A stretch of DNA of 40,000 nucleotides, from NCBI RefSeq assembly GCF_002286975.1, contig NZ_NSKB01000001.1, positions 24,733-64,732 on the forward strand, written 5' to 3'. Of this stretch, positions 15,473-23,879 are shown one piece after another (positions within the stretch are counted from its first letter, which is position 1; every line of letters begins with the position of its first letter). Made by a program: the position numbers and the translations under genes. The DNA comes from Halomonas salipaludis. GTDB taxonomy: Bacteria > Pseudomonadota > Gammaproteobacteria > Pseudomonadales > Halomonadaceae. The notes under the pieces are model-generated. The model searched no databases, had not been told where the DNA came from, and saw nothing but the letters and a program-made list of their open reading frames with translations.

Positions 15473-16285
15473 ATGAGTGACAAGCGTGATGCCGTCGATT
15501 TCGCTGCAATTACGGCCGCACAAAAGGAGACATGGGACAAGGGCGACTTTCACCAGATTGCTCGACAAAATGTTTGCATTGCCGAGGCTCTTTGTGAGGC
15601 AGTTGATCCGCACGCTGGGGATCGCGTCCTGGATATTGCGTGTGGCAGCGGAACTGCAGCCCTGGTCGCGGCGCGAAGATATTGCGAAGTGACTGGTATC
15701 GACTATGTCCCCGCGCTGATCGAACGTGCGAAGCAACGGGCGATTGCCGACGATCTGGATATCGAGTTCAAGATTGGGGACGCACAAAGCCTTCCGTTTC
15801 CCGATGGTTATTATAACGCCGTACTATCTGTGTATGGCGTCCAGTTCGCACCTAATCAAGAACAGGCGGCGCGCGAAATGCTCCGTGTCTGCCGCCCGGG
15901 CGCTAAGATCGGACTAGCAACACCGGTTCCGGAAGGTTGGAGCGGCGATTTTTTTGCGACAAATGCCAAGCACATGCCACCTCCCCCTGGAATCAATCCC
16001 CCACTGCGTTGGGGAACCGATTCGGGACTCGTCGATCTTCTCGGTGAAGGTACGCGCACTATCTACAGCGAGAAACGAACGGCATTGCAGTACTACCGGT
16101 CGGTTGATCATGCTGTAGAGCTATTCCTGTCGTTCTTTGGCCCAGCAATCCGAGCATCCGAAGCCGGTGACAAGGCAAGCCTACGAGATGATCTAAAAGC
16201 TGTATTCAATCGCTATAACCGTGCATCCGACGGCACAGCAGTGATTGAAAATACGTACCTACTAACGATTGCAGTCCGGGCATGA
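15473..16285 (+). CDS. Class I SAM-dependent methyltransferase (cassette 14)
   Basis: 'VLDIACGSGTAALVAA' motif I. ATG 15473 follows AAGGAGG. Confidence 0.8.
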   Translation: MSDKRDAVDFAAITAAQKETWDKGDFHQIARQNVCIAEALCEAVDPHAGDRVLDIACGSGTAALVAARRYCEVTGIDYVPALIERAKQRAIADDLDIEFKIGDAQSLPFPDGYYNAVLSVYGVQFAPNQEQAAREMLRVCRPGAKIGLATPVPEGWSGDFFATNAKHMPPPPGINPPLRWGTDSGLVDLLGEGTRTIYSEKRTALQYYRSVDHAVELFLSFFGPAIRASEAGDKASLRDDLKAVFNRYNRASDGTAVIENTYLLTIAVRA

Positions 16286-16388
16286 TCACACCTGGAACTG
16301 CCAATGACTGGCCCAAAAAGGCCATGCACCGGATGCCAAAAACCCTGCTTCGCGCCGTTTCTGCCACCGGTGATGGCAGACGTTAGGA
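16284..16388 (+). other. attC site 14 (long; R'' poorly defined)
   Basis: R' GTTAGGA (16382-16388). The 5' boundary is uncertain. Confidence 0.5.
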
Positions 16389-16400
16389 GCCTCAATTACC

Positions 16401-16982
16401 ATGACCATTGATCCATGGCTAAGCCGTTGGCTACCCCTTGTTCTTGAACGTGTAAACGATGGCCGCGTTCTTGAGATTGGTTGCGGACCTGGAGATGACA
16501 CAGCGACGCTTTCAGCGGCCGGAATGAAAGTGCATGCTTTCGACATTTCAAGCTCGGCAGTAAGAAAGACTAAAATCCGCGTTCCCTCTGCAACGGTTGA
16601 GTGCAGAGATCTACGGGAACCGTTACCCGAGCAAGCAACTGGTTTTGGCGTCATCGTCGCGAGCCTTTCGTTGCACTACTTTGCTTGGAGCGATACTCAA
16701 GTTATAGTTCGACGCATTCGTTCGGCCCTCCGTCCTGGTGGAATTCTCCTCTGCCGCCTAAACTCCACCGAGGATCACAACTTCGGAGCAAGTGGAAATC
16801 CGGAAGCTGAACCTAACTTCTTCCTGGTCAATGGGGAGCCCAAGCGCTTCTTCGATAAGTGTTCCGTCGAGTCGCTGTTCGCAGAAGGCTGGAACACTCT
16901 CTCACTGGAGCATTTCACGACGAGGAAGTACGTCAAGGCGAAAGCACTGTGGGAGGTTATCCTTGAGCGCAGCGACGCCTAA
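16401..16982 (+). CDS. Class I SAM-dependent methyltransferase (cassette 15)
   Basis: 'VLEIGCGPGDDTATL' motif I and 'LRPGGILL'. Confidence 0.8.
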   Translation: MTIDPWLSRWLPLVLERVNDGRVLEIGCGPGDDTATLSAAGMKVHAFDISSSAVRKTKIRVPSATVECRDLREPLPEQATGFGVIVASLSLHYFAWSDTQVIVRRIRSALRPGGILLCRLNSTEDHNFGASGNPEAEPNFFLVNGEPKRFFDKCSVESLFAEGWNTLSLEHFTTRKYVKAKALWEVILERSDA

Positions 16983-17053
16983 CCATTCGCTCGAGCAGAC
17001 GTGCAACGACCAAGGCGCCTGTCGCTGCGCGCTGTCCAGCTCTAACGTTAGAC
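16977..17053 (+). other. attC site 15
   Basis: R'' GCCTAAC ... R' GTTAGAC. Confidence 0.8.
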
Positions 17054-17076
17054 GCCACGCACATAGGGAGCTTGCA

Positions 17077-17556
17077 ATGCAACCAACTGTTGAAGAACGT
17101 CTTCGCTCGCTAGGTCTAGAATTACCCTCAGTTGCCAAGCCAAGGGGTAACTTCCGCCCCTGCGTCATCTCGGCGAGCATGCTCTATCTGTCCGGCAAGG
17201 GGACCCCTCTGCGCGAAGAGGGAGGCACCGTTCCAAAAGTAAGGGCGGAAGTTTCTGTCGAGCAGGGCCGGGTCTATGCTCAAGAGGTTGGCCTGTACCT
17301 TCTGGCGCTCATCAAAGAGGCGCTTGGAAGCTTCGAACGGGTGCAGCGTGTCGTCAAGGTTTTTGGCATGGTGAATGCCGACCCAAACTTCACTTCTCAC
17401 ACGGAAGTCATCAACGGCTGTTCTGACCTGCTTGTCGCAGTTCTTGGCGAGCGCGGTGAGCATGCCCGTTCCGCCATTGGTGTTGGCTCATTGCCCAAGG
17501 GGTTTGCTGTGGAAATTGAGGCCATCGTTGAGTTCTCGGAGCACAGTGACGCCTAA
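17077..17556 (+). CDS. RidA/YjgF/L-PSP family protein (cassette 16)
   Basis: ATG 17077 follows AGGGAG. The ORF-track start 16792 reads through attC 15. Sequence 'MLYLSGKG...VVKVFGMVNADPNF...ARSAIGVGSLPKGFAVEIEAIVEF'. Confidence 0.75.
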   Translation: MQPTVEERLRSLGLELPSVAKPRGNFRPCVISASMLYLSGKGTPLREEGGTVPKVRAEVSVEQGRVYAQEVGLYLLALIKEALGSFERVQRVVKVFGMVNADPNFTSHTEVINGCSDLLVAVLGERGEHARSAIGVGSLPKGFAVEIEAIVEFSEHSDA

Positions 17557-17628
17557 CCTTTCCATGGAGCGGACGCCTTCCAGCCGGCTGCGCCCGCTTC
17601 CGGTCGCCACTCATGTAAAACGTTACGC
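17551..17628 (+). other. attC site 16
   Basis: R'' GCCTAAC ... R' GTTACGC. Confidence 0.8.
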
Positions 17629-17631
17629 GGA

Positions 17632-18021
17632 ATGAAAGGGTATCGGGCCGTGGATGAATTGGAACGATTGGAACGAGAGCTGCACAGTGCTGGTACTCGG
17701 CAATCTGAGAGTCGGTTGAAGGAGCTTCTCCATCCGAACTTCCGAGAAATCGGCCGGTCTGGTCGTGAGTATTCACGGGCAACCATCCTGGAACGACTGG
17801 CAGATGGTGAGCCGCCTAAAGTTCATGCTGATCAGTTCAGAAGAATCGATCTAGAGCCGCAGGTGGCTCTGATTACTTACAAATCCGCCCATATTGCGGA
17901 AGGCGGTGGGCTCTACAGGCATAGTTTGCGGTCTTCGATTTGGATTCGGGGAGAGGAGGGGTGGCAAATGGTGTTTCATCAAGGTACTCCGGCGCAGGTG
18001 GCTTGCGATGAATCCGCGTAA
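17632..18021 (+). CDS. NTF2-like / DUF4440 family protein (cassette 17)
   Basis: 129 aa with 'LLHPNFREIGRSGREYSR...RSSIWIRGEEGWQMVFHQGT'. Confidence 0.65.
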   Translation: MKGYRAVDELERLERELHSAGTRQSESRLKELLHPNFREIGRSGREYSRATILERLADGEPPKVHADQFRRIDLEPQVALITYKSAHIAEGGGLYRHSLRSSIWIRGEEGWQMVFHQGTPAQVACDESA

Positions 18022-18119
18022 CCAGTCGCTCGAGTTCGCTCCGGCCCTGTTCGGGCCTGCGCCGGACGGGCTTTCCGCTCCGCTCCGCTCCAAGCTCGCC
18101 GCTCAGCTCGGCGTTATAC
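18016..18119 (+). other. attC site 17 (long)
   Basis: R'' GCGTAAC ... R' GTTATAC (18113-18119). Confidence 0.75.
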
Positions 18120-18135
18120 ATGAGACGGAACGCTT

Positions 18136-18678
18136 ATGAGCCTGAAAAATCACTTTGAATTGCTAGCCACTTACAACCAGTGGATGAACTCGAAGGTTTA
18201 TGCGGCTGCGGGGCAACTCTCTGCGACAGATTTGGTGAAAGACCGTGGGGCCTTTTTTGGCTCCATCCTGGGAACTCTGAACCACATCCTCGTTGGCGAT
18301 ACCATTTGGCTCAAACGTTTTGCTACTCATCCATCCTGCCTGAACTCATTGCGGGAGGTCGCTGACATTAAAAGTCCTGAGAGCCTAGATCAGATGCTCT
18401 TTGAAGACCTTGGTATCTTATCTGAGCAGCGAATCTGGCTGGATCGCCAGATTATCAACTGGACAGCCGAGTTATCCGAAGGTGATCTGGATTTCGTCCT
18501 CAGCTACCGAAACACCAAAGGGGTTGCTGCCAATAAACGATATTCGAGCCTGGTACTTCATTTCTTTAACCATCAGACTCATCACCGAGGGCAAGTCTCT
18601 ACTTTGCTGTCACAGGCAGGCATGGATATCGGGGTTACTGACCTATTGGCCCAGATCCCGGAGGAGACTCATGTATAA
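18136..18678 (+). CDS. DinB-family (DinB/YfiT-like) metal-dependent protein (cassette 18)
   Basis: 'LGTLNHILVGDTIWLKRF' and 'HFFNHQTHHRGQVSTLL'. Confidence 0.8.
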   Translation: MSLKNHFELLATYNQWMNSKVYAAAGQLSATDLVKDRGAFFGSILGTLNHILVGDTIWLKRFATHPSCLNSLREVADIKSPESLDQMLFEDLGILSEQRIWLDRQIINWTAELSEGDLDFVLSYRNTKGVAANKRYSSLVLHFFNHQTHHRGQVSTLLSQAGMDIGVTDLLAQIPEETHV

Positions 18679-18750
18679 CCAGCCGCTGTTTCCAGACAAT
18701 TTTTCCACCGCTTCGCGGCTCCAAAATTGCCGCAAAGTTTCGCGTTAGGC
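18673..18750 (+). other. attC site 18
   Basis: R'' GTATAAC ... R' GTTAGGC. Confidence 0.8.
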
Positions 18751-18771
18751 GGATAAACCTCGGAGGAATGA

Positions 18772-19182
18772 ATGGAAATCAAATGTATTGCCGGGTTCGC
18801 TTCGATAACCAAATATCCAGAGGCAAGTGCCTCTTTGTATCAATATGCGTTAGGGCTGCCGCTGGAGAAGATGGACGATTATCGCTTCATGGATAAATTC
18901 CCTGGGGCGCACCATTTTGGTGTATGGCCTCTTTCAATGGCAGCCCAGTCTTGTTTTGGGCAGGACACATGGCCCGAGAGTGTTCCTGAGCCCACGGCCA
19001 CGATTGAGTTTGAGCTCGCGGATGCCGCTGCTGTCGAGGCGGCAGTGCGAGAAATGAAAGAAAATGGACAGGAGTTCATCCACGAAACTCGAACTGAGCC
19101 GTGGGGCCAGACAGTCGCGAGATTCATGAGTCCTGAGGGAGTATTGGTCGGTCTGAGCTATGCGCCGTGGCTTCATGAGTGA
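18772..19182 (+). CDS. VOC (glyoxalase/bleomycin-resistance fold) family protein (cassette 19)
   Basis: 136 aa with '...HHFGVWP...IEFELADAAAVEAAVREMKENG...TEPWGQTVARFMSPEGVLVGL'. Confidence 0.65.
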   Translation: MEIKCIAGFASITKYPEASASLYQYALGLPLEKMDDYRFMDKFPGAHHFGVWPLSMAAQSCFGQDTWPESVPEPTATIEFELADAAAVEAAVREMKENGQEFIHETRTEPWGQTVARFMSPEGVLVGLSYAPWLHE

Positions 19183-19184
19183 AC

Positions 19185-19260
19185 GCCTAACCATAGCGTC
19201 AACGCGGACCGGCTTTTCCGCTGACGCTCCAAAGCCGTCCGGCTACGCTGGGCGTTAGAT
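19185..19260 (+). other. attC site 19
   Basis: R'' GCCTAAC ... R' GTTAGAT. Confidence 0.8.
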
Positions 19261-19288
19261 TTCCGGAGTTCCGGCAAGGAGCTGAAAA

Positions 19289-19699
19289 TTGAAAAATATG
19301 TTAGAGAAAGGAAAAGAGGTTCTGTCGGAGCAGTCTTTCAGCTTGCTTTTGGGAGCAGAGTTGGAAGTTTTTGAGGCCGGAACTGCTGAGTTGAGTCTTG
19401 AAATTAGGGATGACCTCAAGCAAAACAATGGTTTTGCGCATGGTGGCGTCGTTAGCTATTTGGCTGACAACTGTATTACCTTTGCCGGAGCGTCGGTACT
19501 AGGAAACTGTGTCACTTCAGAGTACAAAGTAAACTATGTTAGGCCTGCGATCGGAGATAGATTGGTCGCTAGGGCAACAGTTTTATACTCAGGAAAACGT
19601 CAATCTACGTGTGAGTGTAAGGTATATGCCCAAACAGATTCCGAGGAAAAGTTGGTTGCGGCCTCTCTTGGAACAATAAACAAGATTGATGCATCGTAA
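19289..19699 (+). CDS. PaaI-family hotdog-fold thioesterase (cassette 20)
   Basis: 'NNGFAHGGVVSYLADNCITFAG'. TTG 19289 lies 7 nt after AAGGAG (alternative ATG 19298). Confidence 0.75.
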   Translation: MKNMLEKGKEVLSEQSFSLLLGAELEVFEAGTAELSLEIRDDLKQNNGFAHGGVVSYLADNCITFAGASVLGNCVTSEYKVNYVRPAIGDRLVARATVLYSGKRQSTCECKVYAQTDSEEKLVAASLGTINKIDAS

Positions 19700-19782
19700 T
19701 CTAACCAGGCCAGGCACAGCGACGGCTTTTCCGTTGCGGCTTCGCCTTCACTATAAAGCCGCACGTGCTGGCGGCGTTAGCT
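19699..19782 (+). other. attC site 20
   Basis: R'' ATCTAAC ... R' GTTAGCT. Near-copy of attC 1. Confidence 0.75.
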
Positions 19783-19796
19783 TTAGGAGAGGGGCC

Positions 19797-20414
19797 TTGA
19801 CTCTTCAGGATGAACTTTCCGCCTTCTACGAGCGGAATGGCTTTGGTCAGGTCCTCGGGACACGGCCGCGTACCGTGCCGGTGTTCACCGGCTGTCTGCT
19901 GGTGCCATTGCCCAATATCGAGCTGCGTAACCGTTACCTGAAGTACCACGACCTGCACCATCTAGTTACCGGCTACACCGTTGGGCGAATCGGGGAAGGT
20001 GAGGTCAGCGCTTGGGAGCTCGGCTCGGGCTCCATGTTCGTATCGCCGATGCTCGGCGTCATGAACCTGATCGCGCTATCTACGGGGCTTGTTCTTCAGC
20101 CGCGGCGGATGTGGCGGGCGTTCATGCGCGGGACGAGGAGCCGGAACCTGTATCGCGCGGCGGATCGCGCGAATGTGGACGCGGGCGGGTGGTCCAACCT
20201 CGACTCGCTGCGCGCGTACTGCCTCGACCATGTGCAGCCGCGCGGATTACTACGGCCTCGAGCGGTGGAGTTTGGCATCTACTGCGTTTTGGCCATGTGT
20301 ATCCATGCCGCAATCGCCGGCCCTGCTGTGGTTGCCCGTCTCATTACCGACATCACGCTAGGGTACAGCGTGTTTCAGGCGGTCAAGCCGAAGAAACGCG
20401 ATGATATATATTGA
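19797..20414 (+). CDS. Hypothetical membrane protein with HDLHH motif (Coq4-like?) (cassette 21)
   Basis: TTG 19797 follows AGGAGA. The ORF-track start 19686 reads through attC 20. Sequence 'YLKYHDLHHLVTGYTVGRIGEGEVSAWE' plus hydrophobic segments. Higher GC than its neighbours. Confidence 0.5.
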   Translation: MTLQDELSAFYERNGFGQVLGTRPRTVPVFTGCLLVPLPNIELRNRYLKYHDLHHLVTGYTVGRIGEGEVSAWELGSGSMFVSPMLGVMNLIALSTGLVLQPRRMWRAFMRGTRSRNLYRAADRANVDAGGWSNLDSLRAYCLDHVQPRGLLRPRAVEFGIYCVLAMCIHAAIAGPAVVARLITDITLGYSVFQAVKPKKRDDIY

Positions 20415-20419
20415 ACTAA

Positions 20420-20474
20420 AGCTAACTCCGCATGGAGCCGACGGCTTCGCCGCAGCTCATGCGGGGCGTTAAAT
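20420..20474 (+). other. attC site 21 (short)
   Basis: AGCTAAC-t-CCGCATGGAGC-cgacggcttcgccgca-GCTCATGCGG-ggc-GTTAAAT, with an extrahelical G. Confidence 0.8.
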
Positions 20475-20728
20475 CAGTAGTGGTACCGAAGCTGGGCGAT
20501 TAGCAGAGCGTCATCCGTGACTTTGTAGACCATGCGGTGCTCTTCGTTAATTCGGCGGGACCAGTAACCAGCGAGGCTATGCTTGAGCGGTTCCGGTTTA
20601 CCGACACCTTCGAACGGCTCGTGCTTGATTTCCTTGATCAACTTGTTGATTCGGTTAAGGATTTTTTTGTCAGTTTTTTGCCAGTACAGATAGTCTTCCC
20701 AGGCGGTCTCGGAGAAGATAAGTTTCAT
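20474..20728 (-). CDS. yoeB: YoeB-family type II toxin (mRNA interferase)
   Basis: 84 aa with 'MKLIFSETAWEDYLYWQKTDKK...GKPEPLKHSLAGYWSRRINEEHRMVY...YHY'. Confidence 0.9.
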   Translation of the reverse strand: MKLIFSETAWEDYLYWQKTDKKILNRINKLIKEIKHEPFEGVGKPEPLKHSLAGYWSRRINEEHRMVYKVTDDALLIAQLRYHY

Positions 20729-20976
20729 TCAAGAAGTTCCTTTTCCTGACCACCACCTTGCTCCAGCTCGGCAACGGATTCCAGCAAACGACGGGCGTTC
20801 TTTGGTGCGCGCAGGAGGTACGCGGTTTCTTGCAACGCCTCATAGTCCTCAAGAGAGATCATGACCACGGATTGCGACTTGCTTCGGGTGATGATCACAG
20901 GAGAATGGTCCTCACAGACCTGCTCCATGGTTTTTGCTAGATTGGTTCGAGCAGCTGTGTAGCTAATGGCATCCAT
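20725..20976 (-). CDS. yefM: YefM/Phd-family type II antitoxin
   Basis: 83 aa from 'MDAISYTAARTNLAKTMEQVCEDHSPVIITR...'. It overlaps yoeB by 4 nt. The longer 132-aa ORF version is rejected. Confidence 0.9.
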   Translation of the reverse strand: MDAISYTAARTNLAKTMEQVCEDHSPVIITRSKSQSVVMISLEDYEALQETAYLLRAPKNARRLLESVAELEQGGGQEKELLE

Positions 20977-20985
20977 AAGGTTGCT

Positions 20986-21051
20986 CCTGTACAGGATGTT
21001 GTCCTGTTCAAGATATCGTACATGAAAGAATTTGACAATCGGCTGTACAGC
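20986..21051 (-). promoter_or_regulatory. yefM-yoeB promoter with TGTACA-type operator palindromes
   Basis: Minus strand: TTGTCA (21033-21038) -17 nt- TATCTT (21010-21015). Palindromes cCTGTACAGg (20986-20995), cGTACAtg (about 21018) and gCTGTACAGc (21042-21051). Confidence 0.55.
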
Positions 21052-21359
21052 GACCGATTTTCCGCCGCTCAAGAATGACCTTGAGTTCGCCCCCGATGCT
21101 GTGGTGCTGGCGCTCGGGGTCAACGATGTGCTTCAGATGCGTAGTGCCAGCGCCTGGAGAGAGGACCTGCGCGAGCTGGTCTCGGCGGTGCGCGAGCGTT
21201 GCGGACCGGTGCCTGTCGTCTTCGCAGCCGTTCCACCCGAATCAGGAGGCCGAGCTCTTCTGTGCCGATCGGTTCCACCTGTCTCCCGCTGGCTACAGAC
21301 TATGGGGGCAGCACTTGGCTGTGGTTGTCGCTACTGCATGCGGGGGCTCTCAGGCCTAA
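21050..21359 (+). pseudogene. SGNH/GDSL hydrolase remnant (5'-truncated, frameshifted, internally deleted)
   Basis: Frame A 'PDAVVLALGVNDV...LVSAVRERCGPVPVVFAAVPP' (block III GxND). Frame B '...LFCADRFHLSPAGYRLWGQHLA' (block V DxxH). No block I GDS. High GC. Confidence 0.6.
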
Positions 21360-21391
21360 CGCGGGCTCGCTCCTTATGCTTTTCGTTAGGC
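21354..21391 (+). other. attC site 22 (abnormally short, 38 bp)
   Basis: GCCTAAC-24 nt-GTTAGGC. The cores are perfect but the stem is largely missing. Confidence 0.45.
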
Positions 21392-21413
21392 AATTATATA
21401 TAGGAGACCATGG

Positions 21414-22040
21414 ATGCTAGGAGTTCATGATGTTTGGCTTTTTTTGAGTGCGAGTATCCTGCTTTGGATTACTCCAGGACCCGACACCATGTACATTTTG
21501 GCGAGAACAGTATCCCAAGGTTGTCTGGTGGGGATGCTATCAGTATTCGGTGTAAGCACAGGAGTTCTAGCACACTCTGTATTTGCAGCAGTCGGGCTTT
21601 CCGCTATCTTGGCGAGCTCAGCACTAGGGTTTACGGTGGTGAAATTTATCGGTGCTGCATATCTGATCTACCTTGGCATTCAAGCCTTGCGCAGTGACCG
21701 AAAACTCTCATCATTCTCTGGCGTGGCGGCTCAAAGTCGTTCGAAAATATTTCGCCAGGGCTTCCTCACCAACCTACTAAATCCCAAAATCGCTATTTTC
21801 TTTCTCGCATTCCTGCCGCAATTTGTGGCACCCGATAGTAATAACGGCCCTGCTGTTCTCCTGCTTTTAGGCGGTATTTTTGTTCTGGGCGGCACACTTT
21901 GGTGTCTTTTACTGGTTGGGTTCGCCACCAGCTTCACAGAGGCTGTCAGGTCAAATGCCCGTTTATCAGGAGCTGTAGGTAAAGCCACAGGGGTTGTGTA
22001 TATAGGTCTTGGTTTGAACCTACTTCGGGCGAAAATGTAG
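21414..22040 (+). CDS. LysE/RhtB-family amino-acid exporter (cassette 23)
   Basis: 208 aa, multi-TM, with 'ITPGPDTMYILARTVSQG...FLTNLLNPKIAIFFLAFLPQF'. Confidence 0.85.
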   Translation: MLGVHDVWLFLSASILLWITPGPDTMYILARTVSQGCLVGMLSVFGVSTGVLAHSVFAAVGLSAILASSALGFTVVKFIGAAYLIYLGIQALRSDRKLSSFSGVAAQSRSKIFRQGFLTNLLNPKIAIFFLAFLPQFVAPDSNNGPAVLLLLGGIFVLGGTLWCLLLVGFATSFTEAVRSNARLSGAVGKATGVVYIGLGLNLLRAKM

Positions 22041-22058
22041 TGCTGGACTTTGGATTTT

Positions 22059-22142
22059 GCCTAACAAATCAATAGAGTTCGTTCCGGCCTGTGGACTCCC
22101 CGGACGCCTCTGTCGGGGCACCGCTCATTATCGGCGTTAGCT
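22059..22142 (+). other. attC site 23
   Basis: R'' GCCTAAC ... R' GTTAGCT (22136-22142). Confidence 0.8.
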
Positions 22143-22159
22143 GCGAGGATGTCAGTCCA

Positions 22160-22621
22160 ATGAAGATTCGGAAGTTTAAGCAAGGTGAAGAAAAAGAACT
22201 CTACGAGATCTTTTACAACACCATCAGAACGGTAAACATCCAAGACTATAGTGAAGATCAAGTGGCGGCATGGGCGCCCAGTTATATTGACATGGAGTTT
22301 GTTATGCAGAAGATCAGAGACATTGATCCATTCGTTGCGGTCGAAGATGGAAGGATCATTGGCTACGCTGATATCCAGCCTGACGGTTACATTGATCATT
22401 TTTATTGCCATCATCAGTTTCAGGGGCAGGGGGTCGGTAGGCGCTTATTTGTCGCTCTTGAGGAGGAGGCGGTAGAGAAAGGTATTCCCAGCATGTACTC
22501 GAATGTAAGTATTACCGCCAAGCCCTTTTTCAAGGCTATGGGATTCTCCGTTGAAAGAGAGCAGTTGGTAAAGGTTGGCGATCAGCAGCTTAAAAACTAC
22601 CGGATGGTTCGGAGATTATGA
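22160..22621 (+). CDS. GNAT family N-acetyltransferase (cassette 24)
   Basis: ATG 22160. The ORF-track start 22091 lies in attC 23. Motif 'HHQFQGQGVGRRLFVALEEEA'. Confidence 0.8.
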   Translation: MKIRKFKQGEEKELYEIFYNTIRTVNIQDYSEDQVAAWAPSYIDMEFVMQKIRDIDPFVAVEDGRIIGYADIQPDGYIDHFYCHHQFQGQGVGRRLFVALEEEAVEKGIPSMYSNVSITAKPFFKAMGFSVEREQLVKVGDQQLKNYRMVRRL

Positions 22622-22625
22622 TCAC

Positions 22626-22685
22626 AGCTAACATTCGCGTGAAAAGCGACGCCCGTACCTCGCTTGCTTTACGCGGGCATTATAC
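22626..22685 (+). other. attC site 24 with mutated R' (ATTATAC)
   Basis: R'' AGCTAAC ... gggcATTATAC. The G of GTT is replaced by A. Confidence 0.55.
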
Positions 22686-22709
22686 CGTACGACCTTAGGA
22701 GTTCCGACG

Positions 22710-23459
22710 ATGCCTAAAACCATCTTGATAACCGGTGCAAGAGGTCGAATCGGCTCAGCCCTCGTTTCCCATCTTGATACTCTTGACGAGCGATACGACC
22801 TCCGCTTGGCGGATCTTGATGCGGTGGATAAGCGAGAAATCGAGCTAGACATTACAAATCTCGCTGCATGCCGTGACGCATTTAAGGACGTCGATACCGT
22901 CATACACTTGGCCGGTGTACCTTCCCCGGAAGCACCGTTCGAGGCAATTCTCCCAGTCAACATAGGCGGGACATATAATGTTTTTCGCGCAGCTTCTGAT
23001 GCGGGAGTGTCTCGTGTTGTCTTCGCAAGTAGTGCTCAGGCGATTGAAGGGTACCCGCTTGACGTGCAGGTGCGCACAGATATGCCTGTGCGGCCCAAGA
23101 ATCTTTACGGTGTGAGCAAGGCATGTGGAGAAGCCTTTGCCGCATATTTTGCGTATCAGGAGGGGGTCGAAGCTGTAGCGGTTCGTATTGGCGCCTTCGA
23201 ACAAGCAAGCGACTGGCAACGGATGAGTGAGCGCGATCTCAGCGCTTGGGTAGACCCCCAAGATCTTTGCGAGCTCTTTGTCCGCTGTATCGAAGCAGAC
23301 TTGAGGGAAGAACCGTTCGCAATTGTTCACGGTATCTCGGACAACCGATTCAAAAGGTTAGACCTGTCTGATTCGCGAGCACGCCTAGGGTACGAACCAA
23401 AGGCCGACTCTTTCTCCGTTTGGCGAGTCGGTCTCTATAATGCGAGTGAGCCGGCATGA
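22710..23459 (+). CDS. NAD(P)-dependent epimerase/dehydratase-family (extended SDR) protein (cassette 25)
   Basis: 'ILITGARGRIGSAL' Rossmann motif and 'YGVSKACGE' (YxxxK). Confidence 0.8.
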   Translation: MPKTILITGARGRIGSALVSHLDTLDERYDLRLADLDAVDKREIELDITNLAACRDAFKDVDTVIHLAGVPSPEAPFEAILPVNIGGTYNVFRAASDAGVSRVVFASSAQAIEGYPLDVQVRTDMPVRPKNLYGVSKACGEAFAAYFAYQEGVEAVAVRIGAFEQASDWQRMSERDLSAWVDPQDLCELFVRCIEADLREEPFAIVHGISDNRFKRLDLSDSRARLGYEPKADSFSVWRVGLYNASEPA

Positions 23460-23510
23460 CTATTTGTTGCAAGGGGCGTCTTGATGTACCCTTGAACTGT
23501 GTCGTTACGT
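23460..23510 (+). other. Possible attC site 25 (weak)
   Basis: R' GTTACGT (23504-23510). Stem TTGCAAGGGG / CCCTTGAA. No clear R''. Confidence 0.3.
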
Positions 23511-23540
23511 TTCATCGTCGACAATGCATCGAGTATTTAA

Positions 23541-23879
23541 ATGAATGTAGAAATCATCGATGATCGAGAATTTATCACCTCTGTTCAGGAGCAAGGCGGT
23601 GTTTGGGTGCTAATGGCAGGCCAATCGCTTTATGCCCTACAAGCGGAGGGTGGCTGGGGTCTTCCTGTTTGGTCGTCAGCAGAAAAGGCAGAAGTGTTCG
23701 CCGAGAATCTTAACCAAACAGGGTTGTCCCCGGTATTCGTACCGATGAGCAATTTCCTGGGTGCTGCCTGGTTGGGTTCGTCGAGCCTACAAATTGCCGA
23801 TGTCTTAGCTTCGCCCTGCTACGGCCAAGAGTCTCTCATCTACACAGCTGAGGAACTCCGTGCCAGACTCAATACGTAA
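23541..23879 (+). CDS. DUF2750-like hypothetical protein (cassette 26)
   Basis: 112 aa with 'GGVWVLMAGQSLYALQAEGGWGLPVWSSAEKAEVFA'. The family is recalled from Vibrio cassettes. Confidence 0.5.
   Translation: MNVEIIDDREFITSVQEQGGVWVLMAGQSLYALQAEGGWGLPVWSSAEKAEVFAENLNQTGLSPVFVPMSNFLGAAWLGSSSLQIADVLASPCYGQESLIYTAEELRARLNT

Noticed and set aside
14249-15787. 279-aa and 182-aa minus-strand ORFs across the IS right half and the next cassette
   Set aside because: They are antisense to the transposase frame and to the methyltransferase gene. They span the IS boundary and have no recognisable domains.
20725-21123. 132-aa version of the antitoxin ORF
   Set aside because: YefM/Phd antitoxins are about 80-90 aa. 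The internal Met 'MDAISYTAARTNL' matches the family N-terminus. The upstream part overlaps the promoter/operator region.
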